Both the position numbers and the translations under genes were made by a program. Below the pieces are notes generated by a model that saw only the letters and a program-made list of their open reading frames with translations, had not been told where the DNA came from and searched no databases. A DNA stretch of 64,000 nt from assembly GCF_009914755.1 (NCBI RefSeq), contig NC_060934.1, one strand, 5' to 3'. Below are positions 10,605 through 25,989 of the stretch, piece by piece. This DNA is from the human T2T-CHM13v2.0 reference genome, Homo sapiens. Position 1 is the first letter of the stretch. The number at the start of each line of letters is the position of its first letter.

Positions 10605-12305
10605 TCAGACCCTCCTTCTCCTTGTCAATTTCCTCTAGCTTTTTAGATAACAGACCTAGTTTCTGATAACTCCACTCAGATCTAGAATCTAGATTTCCAA
10701 CCTCTGTAAAATAGGTCAAACAAGTATTTATTTATAGACCTATCACCCAAGACACTGAACTTGGATATGCCCAGTCCATCAAAAATGAATCTTTTTCTTT
10801 TCTCTTTTCCATTAGAGACAACCTAAAAGTGTTGATGGGGCATGGCTCGAAAAAAAAAATCTCACTAAGTTTCAGTATTCAGAGCTGGAAAAGTGAACAT
10901 TCAATAAATATTATAACAAAGGCATGTTCCCCCAGAATACCCACATCTCTCCGGAGCACAGCGAAGACCTTGCTTAAACCGCCGCTGTCTTGCTCATCCT
11001 GTCAAGAAGCAGGGGCAGCTGCCAGCTCTGGAAGGAAAGCCTTCTTTTGCAGAGAGGTAGAGTAGAGAGGGGAAGGGAGAAGTGAGAGTCAGCAATACAG
11101 CGTATGAATCAGACAGCTGAGCTTCCAGCGTTGTTTTGTGTCCTCAGTGCTATGTAAACATGATAATAAAAAAAACTTGTTCAAAAAATAATAAGTGGAT
11201 CTTGGCTGAGGCACAGTCATCTCCCACAAAGCAAACGATCTATGGTATGAGAAATTAGTAACCTCTCTGAATTAATCGCAGAAGAGTGGAATCTTTCTCA
11301 TAAGATCTGGAAAGAATTCAGGCCTCATTATGAAGGCCAGGACTTTCTTGCAGATAGCAGATTTCCTCCTGGGCTAAAACGAAATCTCAAAAAAAAAAAT
11401 AGACTTACGAAAAGTCATTGTAGCTGACTGGTTCAAGCTGACTGGTACAATCAAGACCTGCTCTGGTTTCTGTTTTGGAAAAGTAAATATTTGATCAAAG
11501 CACACAGTTTTCAGACCTGAAGTCATTTCAGAATAAGTAAGAATTTCGCTTGATGCAGTCAAAGTGCCTGTGTGATGGCCTCCCCATCCCCAAGGCCTTC
11601 CCCATCCTTGCAAAGGTACAGCAGTGGCCACGGAGCAGAACGCAAGCCCCTGACTGGGAGTCCATGGGGATTCAGGGTGCGCAGCGTAGGCACAGCCCTG
11701 GCGCTGTGGGGCTTGCGGCCCGGGAGACACCACGAGATCATGAAACAACCATACCCACTCCGTGACTTTGGGCAGGTCCCCCAAGCCCTGAGCCCCTCTT
11801 CGTTGCTGGGCTGTACCTGGGAACATTCAATCCCCCTTGCAGCACTGCATCCCCCCAACCCCACCCCCGAGCCCCCACTCCTGCTGGCGGCCTTTATCTC
11901 GCTGTCTCTGTGTGTCCATCTCTGCCTCTCCCAGCCTCCTTAGCCAGATCCCATTTTCCCCAACACCACTGGCCCTGCTAGATGCATTCGCTCTTGCTCA
12001 CCCTTCAGATCTCAGGCAAGGACCCCTTCCCTGAAACCCCAGACCACACTGGCCCTGCCCTGATCCTCCAACCCTTCCCACTTCCGTTTTTTGTGTGTGC
12101 TTGTCTGACTAGCATCCGCCTTAACCAGCTGACAGTCTTATCAGCTCTGTGAAGGCAAAAGAGTCTCTTCTTTTGTTCGCTTTTACAAAAAAAAGTCCTG
12201 AAGAAAATTCTAAAGGTAGGCAGGCAACACACATAAAAACATAGCCCAGTCATAAAGACAGAATGCCCAATACATGTTGGGGGCGGGGGTTAAATTTAAA
12301 ATTTG

Positions 12306-12612
12306 GGCTGAGCGCGGTGGCTCTTGCCTGTAATTCCAACATGTTGGGAGGCCGAGGTGGGAGGATGGCTTGAGCCCAGGAGTTCAAGACCAGCCTGGGC
12401 AACACGGCAAAACCCCATCTCTACAAAAAATTTAAAAATTAGCCAGGCATAGTGGTGGTGCCTACAGTCCCAGCTACTTGGGAGGCTGAGGTCGGGGGAT
12501 CTCTTGAACCAGGAGATCCAGGCTGCAGTGAGCCATGATCATGCCACTTACACTGCAGCCTGGGTGACAGAGCAAGACCGTATCTCAAAAAGAAGAAAAA
12601 AAGTAAATAAGT
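12306..12612 (+). mobile_element. AluJ
   Basis: GGAGGATGGCTTGAGCCCAGGAG and GGCTGCAGTGAGCCATGATC diagnostics, with an A-rich tail. Confidence 0.93.
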
Positions 12613-14806
12613 AATAAAACTTGGTAGGTTTTACAATTCTGCCTCTAGGCTTAGTCTCTATGTCACTGAAAACCTGTTTCTCCATGACTTTCAGGCAAAT
12701 TGTTGTCACCCAACCCTGCTGTGGGACTGCTGGGGGTTGGCCCCAGGCTTCACTGGCCCTGGGGTTCCCGACACCCACAGAGAGCTACTCCCTGCCCCTC
12801 CCCCGCCAGTCCTGCTGGGAGCAGACACAAGGGTGATTCTGCGGGCCCCATTACGGCAGCTCATTCCCACCAACCTCAAGAGCCCCTTCCTGCCTCTTCC
12901 AAATTAGCTTTCACCCTTAACAAAACATGCCAAAATGATATGTCTCAGTAAATTATATGATTCTTACCTGTGGCCAGAAGTCTTGTTTTTTCCGTTTTGT
13001 TTTGTTTTGACCCATTCTCAGTTTCGTATAACCCTTTCAGGCAAATTTCTGCACCCAGAAGATATAATTTTTCAGCACATGCCGCAAAATCCCAGGTACT
13101 GAGCTCAGGACAAAAAAGAAGGGGGAAAAAAATCCCTCCTCCCTTTTGGATCATTTGCATTCCTTTCCCGTAAAGGAAACTTGGAAACGTTTCAAAAGCA
13201 TCGAGTATTCGGAATCAACTAAAAACCCGAATTCTTCTGTCTTTTTGTCTTTTTTTTCTTATTTGGTCCCCTCAGTCACTTTTTCCCCTCTTCTACCCTT
13301 CAGAAAAGGCAAAATACCAGTTACCTATCTAATAAAATGAGTGCCTCCATTTAATCAATTTGAGAGATTCACTGGGTTTTATGGGAGGACTAGATTTGGG
13401 GGTTTAAAACATTATTCCTCAAGTTACAGAGTGTTGGGCTAGGAGAGCTTTGAGCGTCGACCAGCTAGGGGAAGGGGGAGGAGGCTGAAATGGAAAGAAA
13501 GAGACGGATGTTTCTCAAACTTCTTTAGCTAACACACTGCGAGTCTGGGACTCGAACCCAGGGCTGTCTCTCTCCACCACCGCCAAGACGTGTTCTGTCA
13601 CTGCTTCTGCATCTATTTCTGGGACTGACCCACACCTCCTCTTATGTAACTGGCTGGGGGAAAGAAAAAAAAAAACGAGTTTACACGGTCACAAAGCAAT
13701 TTGCAATTATCTTCTTTCTAAATATTCATAAGCTGGGATTATTTTCCCCTTTGGATGACAACACAGTCGATGACATCGCTGGAAAGTCTTTGGTTGACTT
13801 AGTTTTTCTGAGGTTTTCACACCCAAAACCTTGAGCAAAAATGAAGGATGATGAACAAATCCCAAAGGTGCTTTTCCTTAGAAATGGCCAAAAGCGTTCA
13901 CCTTACAATTTAAGCAAGAGGTGGAGACCTTTCATCTTAGGATGGGGGCACCCCACCTGGGCTGCCATGCACCTCCCTCCTGGGGAGGTGGGCTCCAGCC
14001 CAGCCACAGCTCATTTCCTGGGCTGCGTCTCCCTGTTCCCCTGAGCAACCAAGCCCAACCCAGCCACAGCTTTCTGAGATGAAGCCAGCACTTTTGGTGA
14101 CAGCACATGCCTTGGGCTTAGCCTCCTCCTTTTGTCCCATTCTTCCTATCCCCACTAGGACCTGAGCCACCCGCAAGGCGCTCTGCAGCTGGGGCAGAGG
14201 GGCCATTTGCACATTCCAGAGTAACTGGCTGCACTTAGCACTGTGCCGGGCATGCAGCCCCATCTGAGTGACAAGACAGTCGCACCCCAGACTCCACATC
14301 CTGCACTTAGTGCTGGGAACACCAGGACTTCTGCAAGTGGCAGACTTCCAAACTCCCTTAAAAATCTCTTTGGGGATCACAAAGAAGAGATTAGGAACAT
14401 TTTTCAGAGCATGAAGCCCAGATATTTATCGTCCATGGATATTTTCTGGCCAGTGATCACATTCACATCATTCGTGGAAATCTCTGGCATCTACTGCACT
14501 TATTCAGACCAATTTGCTCAGTAATCAGTGCAGGTGCACTTCTGTCCTGCTTCCTAAGATATGCAATCCAGTTGGGCATGGAAGCCGCTAGAACAGAAGC
14601 TCAGATCCAAACTGAGGCACTTGAGAGATCACACTGTCGGAACCTCTCATCTCCCAGATAAGGACCAGGAGCAGGCCATCTGCCCCAAACCAAGGCTGAC
14701 TTTCAAGCCTGATAAACAGGGAAGTTGGAGACTTCTTCTGCATGTTGGGCAATTAAGCTTATAAGTGGAAGTCTGCGCCCTCAACTACTTTCAGAAACAG
14801 ATTTAG

Positions 14807-15174
<368 letters not shown>

Positions 15175-16190
15175 TAAAGGTTGTGTCTGAGGGTGCAAAG
15201 TGAAAATGATACATTGAGGCAATTATCCAGATACGTAATGTCAAACTACCAGAAACTTTGCCTTAATTAGTGAAATAACTGAAGCAAAAAATGAGTATAT
15301 GCCTAATTCCCGGAATAGCTGGCTCGAGCTCTCACCTGCTCGGGGGGTCAGAGGCAGAGCCAAGGGGATGGTGAAGTCAGTCCCCACGCTGCAGTGGTTT
15401 ACATGCTGACCACTCGGGAGCAGAGTGGCAGTTACCAGGACATGGGTTATCTAGACAGCTGGAGTTCTCATCCTGGCTCCACGGCCTGACACTTAGCCCA
15501 CCTCAGTTCCTTATCTGAAAAATGGGGATGATGTGACAATATGTAGTCTAATGGAGCCACAGGGAAGACTGAGATAATCCATGGGAAGCACCAAGCAAGG
15601 ACAGGGCACCTGGGAAGTTCAGGAATCGTTGGCAGTGCTCCTCATCATGGTAACCATCACTGTCACTGTTATTCCTGTTTCCACCTGCTCTTTGGCTTTT
15701 TAGCTGATGGGCCGGGTACATGTCCAGTCTGGTCTGTGTCACACACTTCCACATTTTATTCCAGCGTCTCCTAGAGGGCTGGCTTGCTGAAATGCATCCG
15801 AAATGAATTACTTTGCTGTCTGTTGCAATAACTAGTCCTTCATATTCAAATCCAGAAAAAGATCAAAACACATATATTTTAATGTCTTCTAAGTCCGTTG
15901 TGAAAAGCATCACTATGCTCTTATTAAAAATTCTGCTTTCATCACCTGCCTTAATATCCCTGTTCTTGAATTAAAAAAAGAAGTCAGAAAGACAGAGGAA
16001 AATAGTGATTTTTAAAGTAAGACCTTATCTTGTGAATAACTGTAAAATGTTCTATTTTAATAAGAAACACAAATTTTCAAACAATAAAAAGGGGATCATT
16101 TTTACTTTAGAATGTTCCACCTTATGGTATTTTGGGCCCTAAGTATACAAAGAAAGCATACAAGGAGATAATCGAAGCTAGAAAGTATCA

Positions 16191-16210
16191 GAACATGCTT
16201 TAGCATGTCT
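16191..16210. promoter_or_regulatory. Candidate p53/p63/p73 response element
   Basis: GAACATGCTT-TAGCATGTCT: two RRRCWWGYYY half-sites, zero spacer, both CATG cores, 19/20 match. Confidence 0.55.
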
Positions 16211-17527
16211 CTGTCTGGGCTAAGCTGGGGTCAGATGTGAATCAGACAGGACTAGGCAGGATGAGAATGGCCTCTCAGGTGAAAAGGACAGTCCCTTGTC
16301 TCTGCACAGACATCCATCGGCTTAGCATCCCTCCCCAGAGGCCTCTCCCAAGGAGGCAGGTCTGTGCTGCTAGGCAAAGTTGCAAACTCCCACAGATCAA
16401 CATCCCGTTTGAGTTCCTACATCCTGTAGTCCTCCTGAATATAGAGAGGATGGGTTCAACTGACTTCTGCAGGCTCAGCTCTAGTACAAATCAGTGCCAT
16501 ACAGATCATAAATATAGCCAGGAAATTCAAGAGTCTTGCAAAGTTCAAGTTAGTCCCTGTTGTTTGGGGGACCCCCCCCCCAACTATTGGTGATATGGCA
16601 CAGATGGAAATGGGGCAGAGGCACCATGAACAGAGTAACATTGCAAGAATCATCGGGGCCAGGCTCGGGGAATTTGGGACGGGGAGTCCAGGGTCTCTGG
16701 CAAGTCTCTGAGTCATCAAGATGAGTGAGCCTCAAAGGCAACACAGGGGAGAACCATGAACAAGCAGTGACACGTGCAGGGCCCGTGGCCTGGGGAAGGC
16801 TGAACAGGGATGGACAGTTTACGGTTTCACAGTTTTAAAAATTTGAGTCACTGACTTTAAACAGGTGAGGCAGAGCAGGGGACCCAGAAAACAGGAACAG
16901 TGCTCCTCCATGAGCCCCTGCCATAGGACACCTGGGCAGAGGCCAGCCTGAGCCTGGACCTTCCCAGTCAGCCAGCTCATCCCTCGAGGAAGGACGCAGA
17001 TTTTTCTCTCATTGCCTGCCTTTAACAGTTCTGCGCTCCAGGCCTGACCAAACCAGATTTATCCATTAGGTTCCATGACATGTGGAATATACTGAGGGCA
17101 AAGAAGTCACCCCAAGATGGGAGTTCCCCTGAATCTAAGGTGTCACTGTGCCTCCCTTTAGCTGTAGGACTTTGGACAAGTGGTCCCGCCCATTTCCTGG
17201 GGACATGCAGAAAATGGTGATGTCCCCCCCAGCAGGTTGTCAGGAACAAATGATATAGCCTGGCTGTGTGAGTGCTTTGTAGAGAGCACACAAAGGACAG
17301 GATTTTTCTTTGCAATGGAAAGTAGTTGCTGTGTTGTCCAAGAAACAGTTTCTGGAAAAAAAAGAAAAATCTGCACTTACAGATCTAGAGTAAAAACACA
17401 ATGTAGGTCTGAGGTTCCTAGCCAATCCCAAGCCAGAGGCCCCTCTGGGAATCTCTCCCAAGGGAAATGCATATGCCCACCTACGGGGATGTCACTTCAG
17501 GAAGGTCAACATGAAGGCCATATTTGA

Positions 17528-17878
<351 letters not shown>

Positions 17879-18675
17879 CTCAATAAAGATTATTAAAGCC
17901 CTACTCTATGTCAGGCTCAAGTGTAGAGCCCTGGGATGCAGCAGTAAACAAAACAAGTCCCTGTTCAGCTGCATCTCGCAGGCTGGTGGGGAGGCTTCCA
18001 GAATCCAATGAAGAAGAGGGCAGATGACCTCAGACGGGCTGAGCGCCATGGATGAGAACCCGCCGACCCACTACCAGGCTCACCTGCGAGTCCCTGCCTG
18101 CCACAGACTCCGTAGGCTGCCCTTCACGGCACTGTCTATGGGGTCTCTTCCAGAAACAGCGGGGCAAAGGCAGGAGGCAGAAATAAAACCTAATTTGCTT
18201 TCTGGGCCACATTCCTGTAGCTTAGTATTTGGCGGTGCTCTCTACCCCACTGGGGTAAAGAATTCAATTTGATTTGATTTGATTTGATTCTAACTTAAAG
18301 GCAGAGTTCTCACCCTGACCAGCAGCAGGCCATGTCCCACTTGTGTGAGATGCAGTGCAGCCCAGGGTGAGACGTGCTCAGCTCTCTCTTCCTAGCCCAG
18401 AGCGTTAGAGAAGATTCTCGTTTTCTAAAGGCACTACCTGGAGGGAACGGGCAGTTTCCCTCTTTGGGCAAAGTACCCAAGGAGATGGACAGGCCAGCCA
18501 GAGCCCAACAGACCCATCACAGGTGGCCTTGTGGCCATCTATAGGGCCAGGTGTGCCATCAGCCTGAAACCCTGCTCCCACGTGAGCCAAACAAGGGGCC
18601 ACAGCTGGGGCTTCTCTCCTCTCCTCCAACTCCCTAGCACTCTGAGTCAAATTCCAGCAAGAAAGTGCCTCAGAG

Positions 18676-19116
18676 CAGCACTGCCCAACAAAAACAGAGT
18701 GTGAGCCCATACCTAGGTTAAATGTTCCAGGTGAGGTTAATTTTCATGTAGTTCAACTCGAATAGACCCAAAATAACCACTTCAACATGTAGTCAGTATA
18801 AAAGTTATTAATTAAAAATTTGCATTTTTTTCATACTAAGTCTTCAAATTCCAGTGTGTATTTTACACTTAGGTCCATCTCAATTTGGATGCTACATTTT
18901 CATCTGAAGTACCTGAGCTGTATCTAGATTTCATAAGACTTAGAGTCGGAAAAGGAGTTATGGACCCAAGCTGTTCCAAACATTCTTAAAAGTTTTCTAA
19001 TAACTGAATTAAGTATCTGCTTTTAAATTTAAATTAGTTAAAAGTAAATGAGATGTAAAATTTCCATTTTTCGGCCGTCCTAGTCACATTTCAAGCATGA
19101 CCCTGTGGAGCAGCAG
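18676..19116. mobile_element. hAT-Charlie DNA transposon relic (MER33/Charlie5-like)
   Basis: TTCAACATGTAGTCAGTATAAAA...CATACTAAGTCTTCAAATTCCAGTGTGTATTTTACACTT...CTAGTCACATTTCAAG. Confidence 0.75.
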
Positions 19117-20199
19117 ACACAGAGCTTGTCCAGCTCCTCAGAGAGCTTCCTGCACGAGGCTGCTCAGGCCAGGCGCTCCTGGAGCGTGAGATCTGTTTCT
19201 TATTTCCTCCATTCCTCTCCTTACCCAGCCTCTCATCAAAAGGGTCTGGGAAGTCACTGCTTCCCCAAATTGAGTAAAACTCACCTAAGGCATTTGTTAC
19301 CAACAGCTTCCAAGCCCTGCCCCCGATTTACTGAATCTACTTGGGGTAGGGAAGACAGCCGGGCAATAACCCGGGCACAGGTTTTCCTTCCTTCCAAGTC
19401 TCCTTTAGCCAGCCACTGCCACTGTTGTGAGTTACAAATTTGACAGAGCCAGGGCAGGACACACACCCCAGCTGGGGCTCTGCTGCTCAGGGACAGTGCA
19501 GAGTCCTCTCTTCTTCCACTTCCTGTGTGGTTGGGGAGACCAGCACACCTGCATTCGGAGTTCTCCTGAGCATGCAGGAGGCTCAGTAAATGTCAGCTGC
19601 CTCTTCCCACTGCTCTGGACCCCTCATCACACCAAACAACAGCTTTTGGCACAGGGAAAGCTCTTTCTCCACCTAGAACACTGGGTTGGAAGTCCAGGGG
19701 GTGGGTGCAGAACCATTTGGTTCTGAGACTGGACTGATCTACAAATAAAAACCTTTCTTGACTGAGCCATTAAATGGTGGCAGCTCTCAAGCCCTCCCAA
19801 GAGAAAACCCAGGCCAGCTACCAGGCCAGCCACCAGGCCAGCCACTTTCATCTCAAAGATGAGCCTGGAGGCTTTGCTTCATTGCATGCAGACACCCAAA
19901 GCATGGAGACTAAAATGCTGAATTCTGGGCTCTTCTCAGAGACCAACCAACCCCATCCGCAAGTTCAGAAACAGACTGGCTTCCAGTGAAACGTGACCAC
20001 GTGGGCAGAACCCCAGGAGGGACAGGTGCATCTTTCTGGGGCATCCCAGAAGCCTTATCTCTTCCAGTGCACCCATTCAATGCAAAAAGGGCCAGCTGTT
20101 ATCCCCCAGGGTCTCTTCTTTTTGGGAACTTGGGCAGAGGACAAAAGGGAGTCAGTCTCACCTTACATTTTTTCCAGGCTCTTATTTCATCTTTCCAGA

Positions 20200-20790
20200 G
20201 ACTCATACGCTGCTGATGGGAACGGTAAATGAGTACAATTGTTTGGAACACTGGCATTATCTACTGAAGCTTGGGCGTACTCACTCCCAAAGACCACAAT
20301 TCCAATCCTAGCTACGTGCCCAACAGAAAGGCATCCATATGCTGATCAAAAGACATCAACTAGAATGTTCATTGTACTATTTGTAGGGCCAAAAACTGGA
20401 AATCACACAGTGTCTACCCACAGTAGAACGGACAAATACAATTCAGCTGCGAAAATGGACAAGCTTCACCAGGGAAGAATCTCACAGATGTAGTACTGAG
20501 CAAAAGAACCCAGATATAACGGAGAACCACACACGATTCCAGTTAGAGACAGCACAAAACAGGCCAAAAACCCAGGCCGCGGAAGTCAGGATAGCAATTT
20601 CCCTTGCATGGGTGCTGAGAGGTGGTTAATGACCAGAACAGAGCCCAGGGGTCCTGGGGTGCTGTCTGTATACCTGATCTAGGTACTGGTTGCATAGGTG
20701 AGTTCTGTTTGTGAAAATCCATCAAGCAGCACACTTAGGATAGATGCTCTTTAATGCATGAAGGTTATACTCCAATTCCTTAAAAGTTCA
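20200..20790 (+). mobile_element. Ancient L1 (L1ME-type) 3' region
   Basis: CTCATACGCTGCTGATGGGAACGGTAAATG...AGAATGTTCAT...CCAAAAACTGGAAA...TGTGAAAATCCATCAAGC. Confidence 0.8.
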
Positions 20791-23673
20791 CCAAAAAAAG
20801 AAAGCTAGATACATGGTGGTAAGTTTCTGCCCCATCAGAAACCAAGGAAGAGGCAAAGGGCACAGCAACCATTCGACAGGCGCATGAATGAGCCAATGCA
20901 GGCTGGTCCTTGCGCCTTGACCATGAAGGCGAATGTTCTCCCATCAGACGACGCCCATTTCCTTTCAGAGGCGCCAAACCAAAGCTCCTCTGTTTGTGCA
21001 TTTTAAAATGGTTAACAGAGCTCGTAACCACTTAGGGCTTATTTTACGACCCGCCTCTCAGTCAGACGGCTAATGACCTCCAGTTGCCAGGTCTGATGGG
21101 TTTCCAGGGTCTTAAATGGCTCCTCCTGGGTGGACTCGGCCAGGAGGCTGTAGATCTTCCCCAGCCACATCCCGGGCCTGCTCACCTTGGCAGCAACCTA
21201 CGGGCTAGGCACACACAGGGCAGGGGAGAGGTCTCAAATGGGGGCTTTAAAAGAGATATTTTCCACATAGTCTTTTTAGCCTCTTTCCATAGAAGACTTT
21301 CTCAGGACAGAAGTGGGTGTGATTAGCGCAAGCTCAAGTCACGCCTGCTGCACCCCCAGGGAAGGTAGCTTGCTCTCCCTCCCGAGATCTTTCCACTTCA
21401 TCTCTGCAGGGCCAGTGCCCCCCGGCTGGGAAAGACACCGAATCCTTGCACTGATGCCATTAGACAGTTTCTACTTGGCAAGTTGCTTCAAGAATTTCTC
21501 AAATCTCTCAGTAGAGACAGAAAATCAGCAAGTCCCTGGAACCCTGGAGGCAGTGAGCAGGAGACACTAAACAGTGTGCCACCCAACTGCAAAGGGCACA
21601 ATTCAGGTGGCAGGTAGGGGCGGGGGCCTAGTTGGGAGCATCGCCCAGTTGTGATCATCAATCCAGTCTCTAGAAACAAGGATTCTAGCACATTCTAAGC
21701 CTTAAAATGAGAACTCTGGGTCCAGGCACCTCACTGGGGACTTACATAACATCCCCCTGCACACCCAACACCTTCGCCACGTCTGCAGTCTCTGCCTCCT
21801 CTCCCTCCGCGCAGCTTCCTCCATTATGACCTGGAGCTCTCCAATGCACCCCGCGCCTCTGCCAGACTGGGCTCACGGCATCAGCAAACTTGCTCATAGA
21901 CCACTTCCCGTTCCTGTCCCCAGCTCATCACAACTGAAATTAAATGATCCTTTGCCTAAGTGTTTCCACCTCATTCACCTCCTAGACTCTAACCTCCATG
22001 AGGACAGGACCTGGGCATGTCTCACTCGCCACTGCCTCCCAGCAGCCAGGGCTGACTTTCCTTTTGAATGCGGCTGTGCTAGGCAGTGGGGTGCAGTGTG
22101 TGGACAAGACAGACAGGCTCCCAGCCCCCGCGGAGTTAATGATGTTTTGCAGGGAGGACTGTTTCAGCACATTCCTCTTTTCATGTTTCTGTTTCTCTTT
22201 TGTGTATCAAGATTTTTCCCCTAATACTTCTAAGCCAGACTTATTATTCAAGTTCTCTCAGACTCCTACATCAGGTAATACAAATATTGTGAAGTTTTTT
22301 CCTATTATTTTGCTTTTGAAAGTGAAAACAATGACTGTGGATAGCTTAATGGGGAAAATAAATAAAGCCAGCTTTTGCTTGAACATGGAGGTGCTGTTTG
22401 TTATTTGCTGAATAAGTTAAGAACAGGCTGTGCATCCCCACGGTGGGGAGGGTACAATCCCAGACACCCAGGAACAGCACAGACCTCCCTCCACACATCT
22501 GAGGCTCCATGGGAGTAGCTTTGGCCTCCAGCACTGCAGGCTTCCTGCCCTGCTGTCTCTCCCCAGCCAGGAGGTATAAAGGATGGTTTCTTTCTTTCTT
22601 CAAGTGTCACAGCCTATTCAGGCCCATCGACTTGTGACAATGAGAGGAGAGCACAGCGTCCCGGCTCCCTTTGAGCTCACATCTCCAGTGACCTCTGTAC
22701 AAACCGAGGACAAAGGGAGGAAAATCTAGCGGTGGTGCACAGTCTCTCCCCCAAGACGCTGCTCGGAAGAGATCTGACTTGGGCAGCTCTCTCCTGATGT
22801 ATGCTGAGCACAGCATCCACCCCCTACACTCCCTTCCAATAAAAAAGTAACTTTAATGCTCATTCAAGAAGCCCTCTTCCAATTTAAAACCTGAAAAGTC
22901 CGGGCTTTCCTTGGCTAGAACCTCCCCTGTCTTTGGCAGCTGGCCCTGGATGCTCCTCTCTCCCTCTCCACTGGCAAAGGGGAAAGGGCAACTCTGAGTC
23001 TGGGCCAGCCTGCAGGGAAGGAACAAAGAGTCAGCACAAAGGAGTCCCGGGCCCTTCCAAGCCTCTTGCTCCAGGGAGAGATGCTTCCTGGGCGGGATTT
23101 TATTTCCTTACCAAGATGCACTATGCCCCCCTCAACTTTGCAAGGTGGCATTCTCCGGGATCCAGAATGACAAGGATGACCTACAGTGGCCCCTAAAATC
23201 CTAGACTGTCTCCAGGAGCATTTTACTCCACTGGGAGGAGCAGAGCTCACAGGGAGGACATCAGGGATGAAAAGCCAGGGGAGATGGGCTGCCCCTCTCT
23301 TGGGACTGAGCCACAGAGTCACGACAGACACACACATTAACCACACAGAGGTACTGGAGAGCCACTGTGTGTCAATCTTTTCCATTTTACAGTGAAAAAT
23401 CACCAGGACTTGAGGCTTATACACACACATAATGTAGATGGGTTTTGTATTCAGGTTTTCTCTTCTCAAAGCTGAGCTGTCAAGTCAGTGAGTTTCATTA
23501 GAGAATGTTGGTCCTTGTCCCTGTCTGTTCTGAAGAGCCTAGCGGTAGACTGTCCCAGATTCCCGATGCGTGGAGACTGAGAAAGTCACATGAAATTTCC
23601 CCAGCAGACCAGGCTGATGGCTCCATGAGTTAGTTGATTCAGCTCAACGGGCATTTCCTAAGCGTGTGCTTAG

Positions 23674-24280
<607 letters not shown>

Positions 24281-25469
24281 GAGATACTTAAAATGTTTTC
24301 TTATCAGGATTAAAGGAGAGTGAGAACACACCCAGAGTGCTGTTCTCATTCCTGGTATATGTTAGAGCCAAAGAACAGATACTTAGAGAACGGCATTCCA
24401 CCTCAGGTTTAAAGCTCATCTTGGGTTTGAGCAGAGACCTTTCCTGGGGCATGTCAGAATGACAATCAGAATCTTACATTCTATACCAGGAATGAGGATA
24501 GCAAAGGCTGTTTCCATGAGCCTGTTTATCATAAGTCTGATCTCGAACAGCATCTTCTCTAATGCAGCTCTGCCTGAGGATTTAAAAATATGGGGCCCTT
24601 TAACTCATCACGCTAATGTGATTACACATTCATCCCCAGAGTCCAGACCATCCCTGAGGCACTCAAGCGGAGGCCTTGTCTGTCAAATTTACGAGCCGAG
24701 GCTTACACTCTTTCAGCCCCTTTAAATGGGAAAATCTTTACCTTAGTTGAGTGATGTGCTCTGTCCACCACCTAAAGAGAAAATTAGGCCCTCCAACCAG
24801 TGCCCTGCTCTGTTAGTTTCTGCAACTCATCCCCAAGCCTGTGCAGTTTAAACACCATTTACAAACAAGCTTAATTTTAACCTTCCTTTGTGGAGAATGC
24901 AAAATCAATTAAGTATATGCTGATAATGCCCTCGCATCTCGTTCCGGTGGCATCTCACAATTAATGCTGCCCATGAGGCCGAGCCTGAGCAGCTCGCACA
25001 GTCCTCTGGTTATTACGAGCCTCACTCGGCTCCAGAGTTGAGCACAGAGGGAGGCAGGCACAGCTCACTACATGGGGATTCTGCCTCTTTATAAAATCAG
25101 CTTGTAGATGGTTTAATTAAAATACACCAGAGCATAATTCAATTGGAATTGAGGCTCCCATCAAACCAAACTAGGCTGCAGAAATTCTACCAACCTTAAA
25201 AGCACCTACAAGGGGCAAGGTACAAATTTCATTTGGATGTTGCTTGGGTGTTTCTAGCTCTACGGGTAGAATTGTTTTCACCAATAAAACCACCTGCACT
25301 CAGAAATGGAAGGGACACGGCAGATCTCACACAAGCCTCTTGCATTGCAGGTAAAGAAACAGAGACTCAGAGAAGTCAGGACAGCCCCAGGGCACACAGC
25401 AGTCACTGTGCAGGCCTGAGCCAAGGAGGGAGCCCGGCAAGGTTAAGAACAAGCAGTCTCTGACTTCAC

Positions 25470-25660
25470 ACTGCCTATATTCCACGCCCAACTCTACCAT
25501 CCAGCTGCAGGAATGTGGGCAGGGTGAACTCCTCTGAACTCAGTTCTTACATCTGTAAAATGGGGATGTTAACTGTATCTACCTCAAAGGTTGCTGAGCG
25601 TATGAAATGAAATAAAGTAGATAAAACCTAAAGCATACTAAATACTCAATGCAGCCTGGT
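25470..25660 (+). mobile_element. MIR
   Basis: CTCTCTGAACTCAGTTCTTACATCTGTAAAATGGGGAT core. Confidence 0.75.
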
Positions 25661-25989
25661 TTCCATTATCAGAACTCCAGCTCCCCTGGTCTGTCCTATA
25701 AACCAAACTACTGTCTAAGGTTCTTTATGTCTCAGAATCTCTCAGATCTGAGGTAGAAGGTCACCTCTGTGCACCCATCAGAGACGATGCACCCATAGAG
25801 CGCCATGTGGACCCGTGGAACCTGTGAAATTCATCCTCCAGTATTTGTTGAACTTACGGAAACGAATTTTAACTGATTGTCAATTGGAAGGGATTGAAAC
25901 ATCCTCTAAAAGACAAACAACAATGCTAAAGCTTATGAAATTCTAAAATGCTTCTAAAATGCTGTAGATCCCTAGGTTTAATAAGAAAA

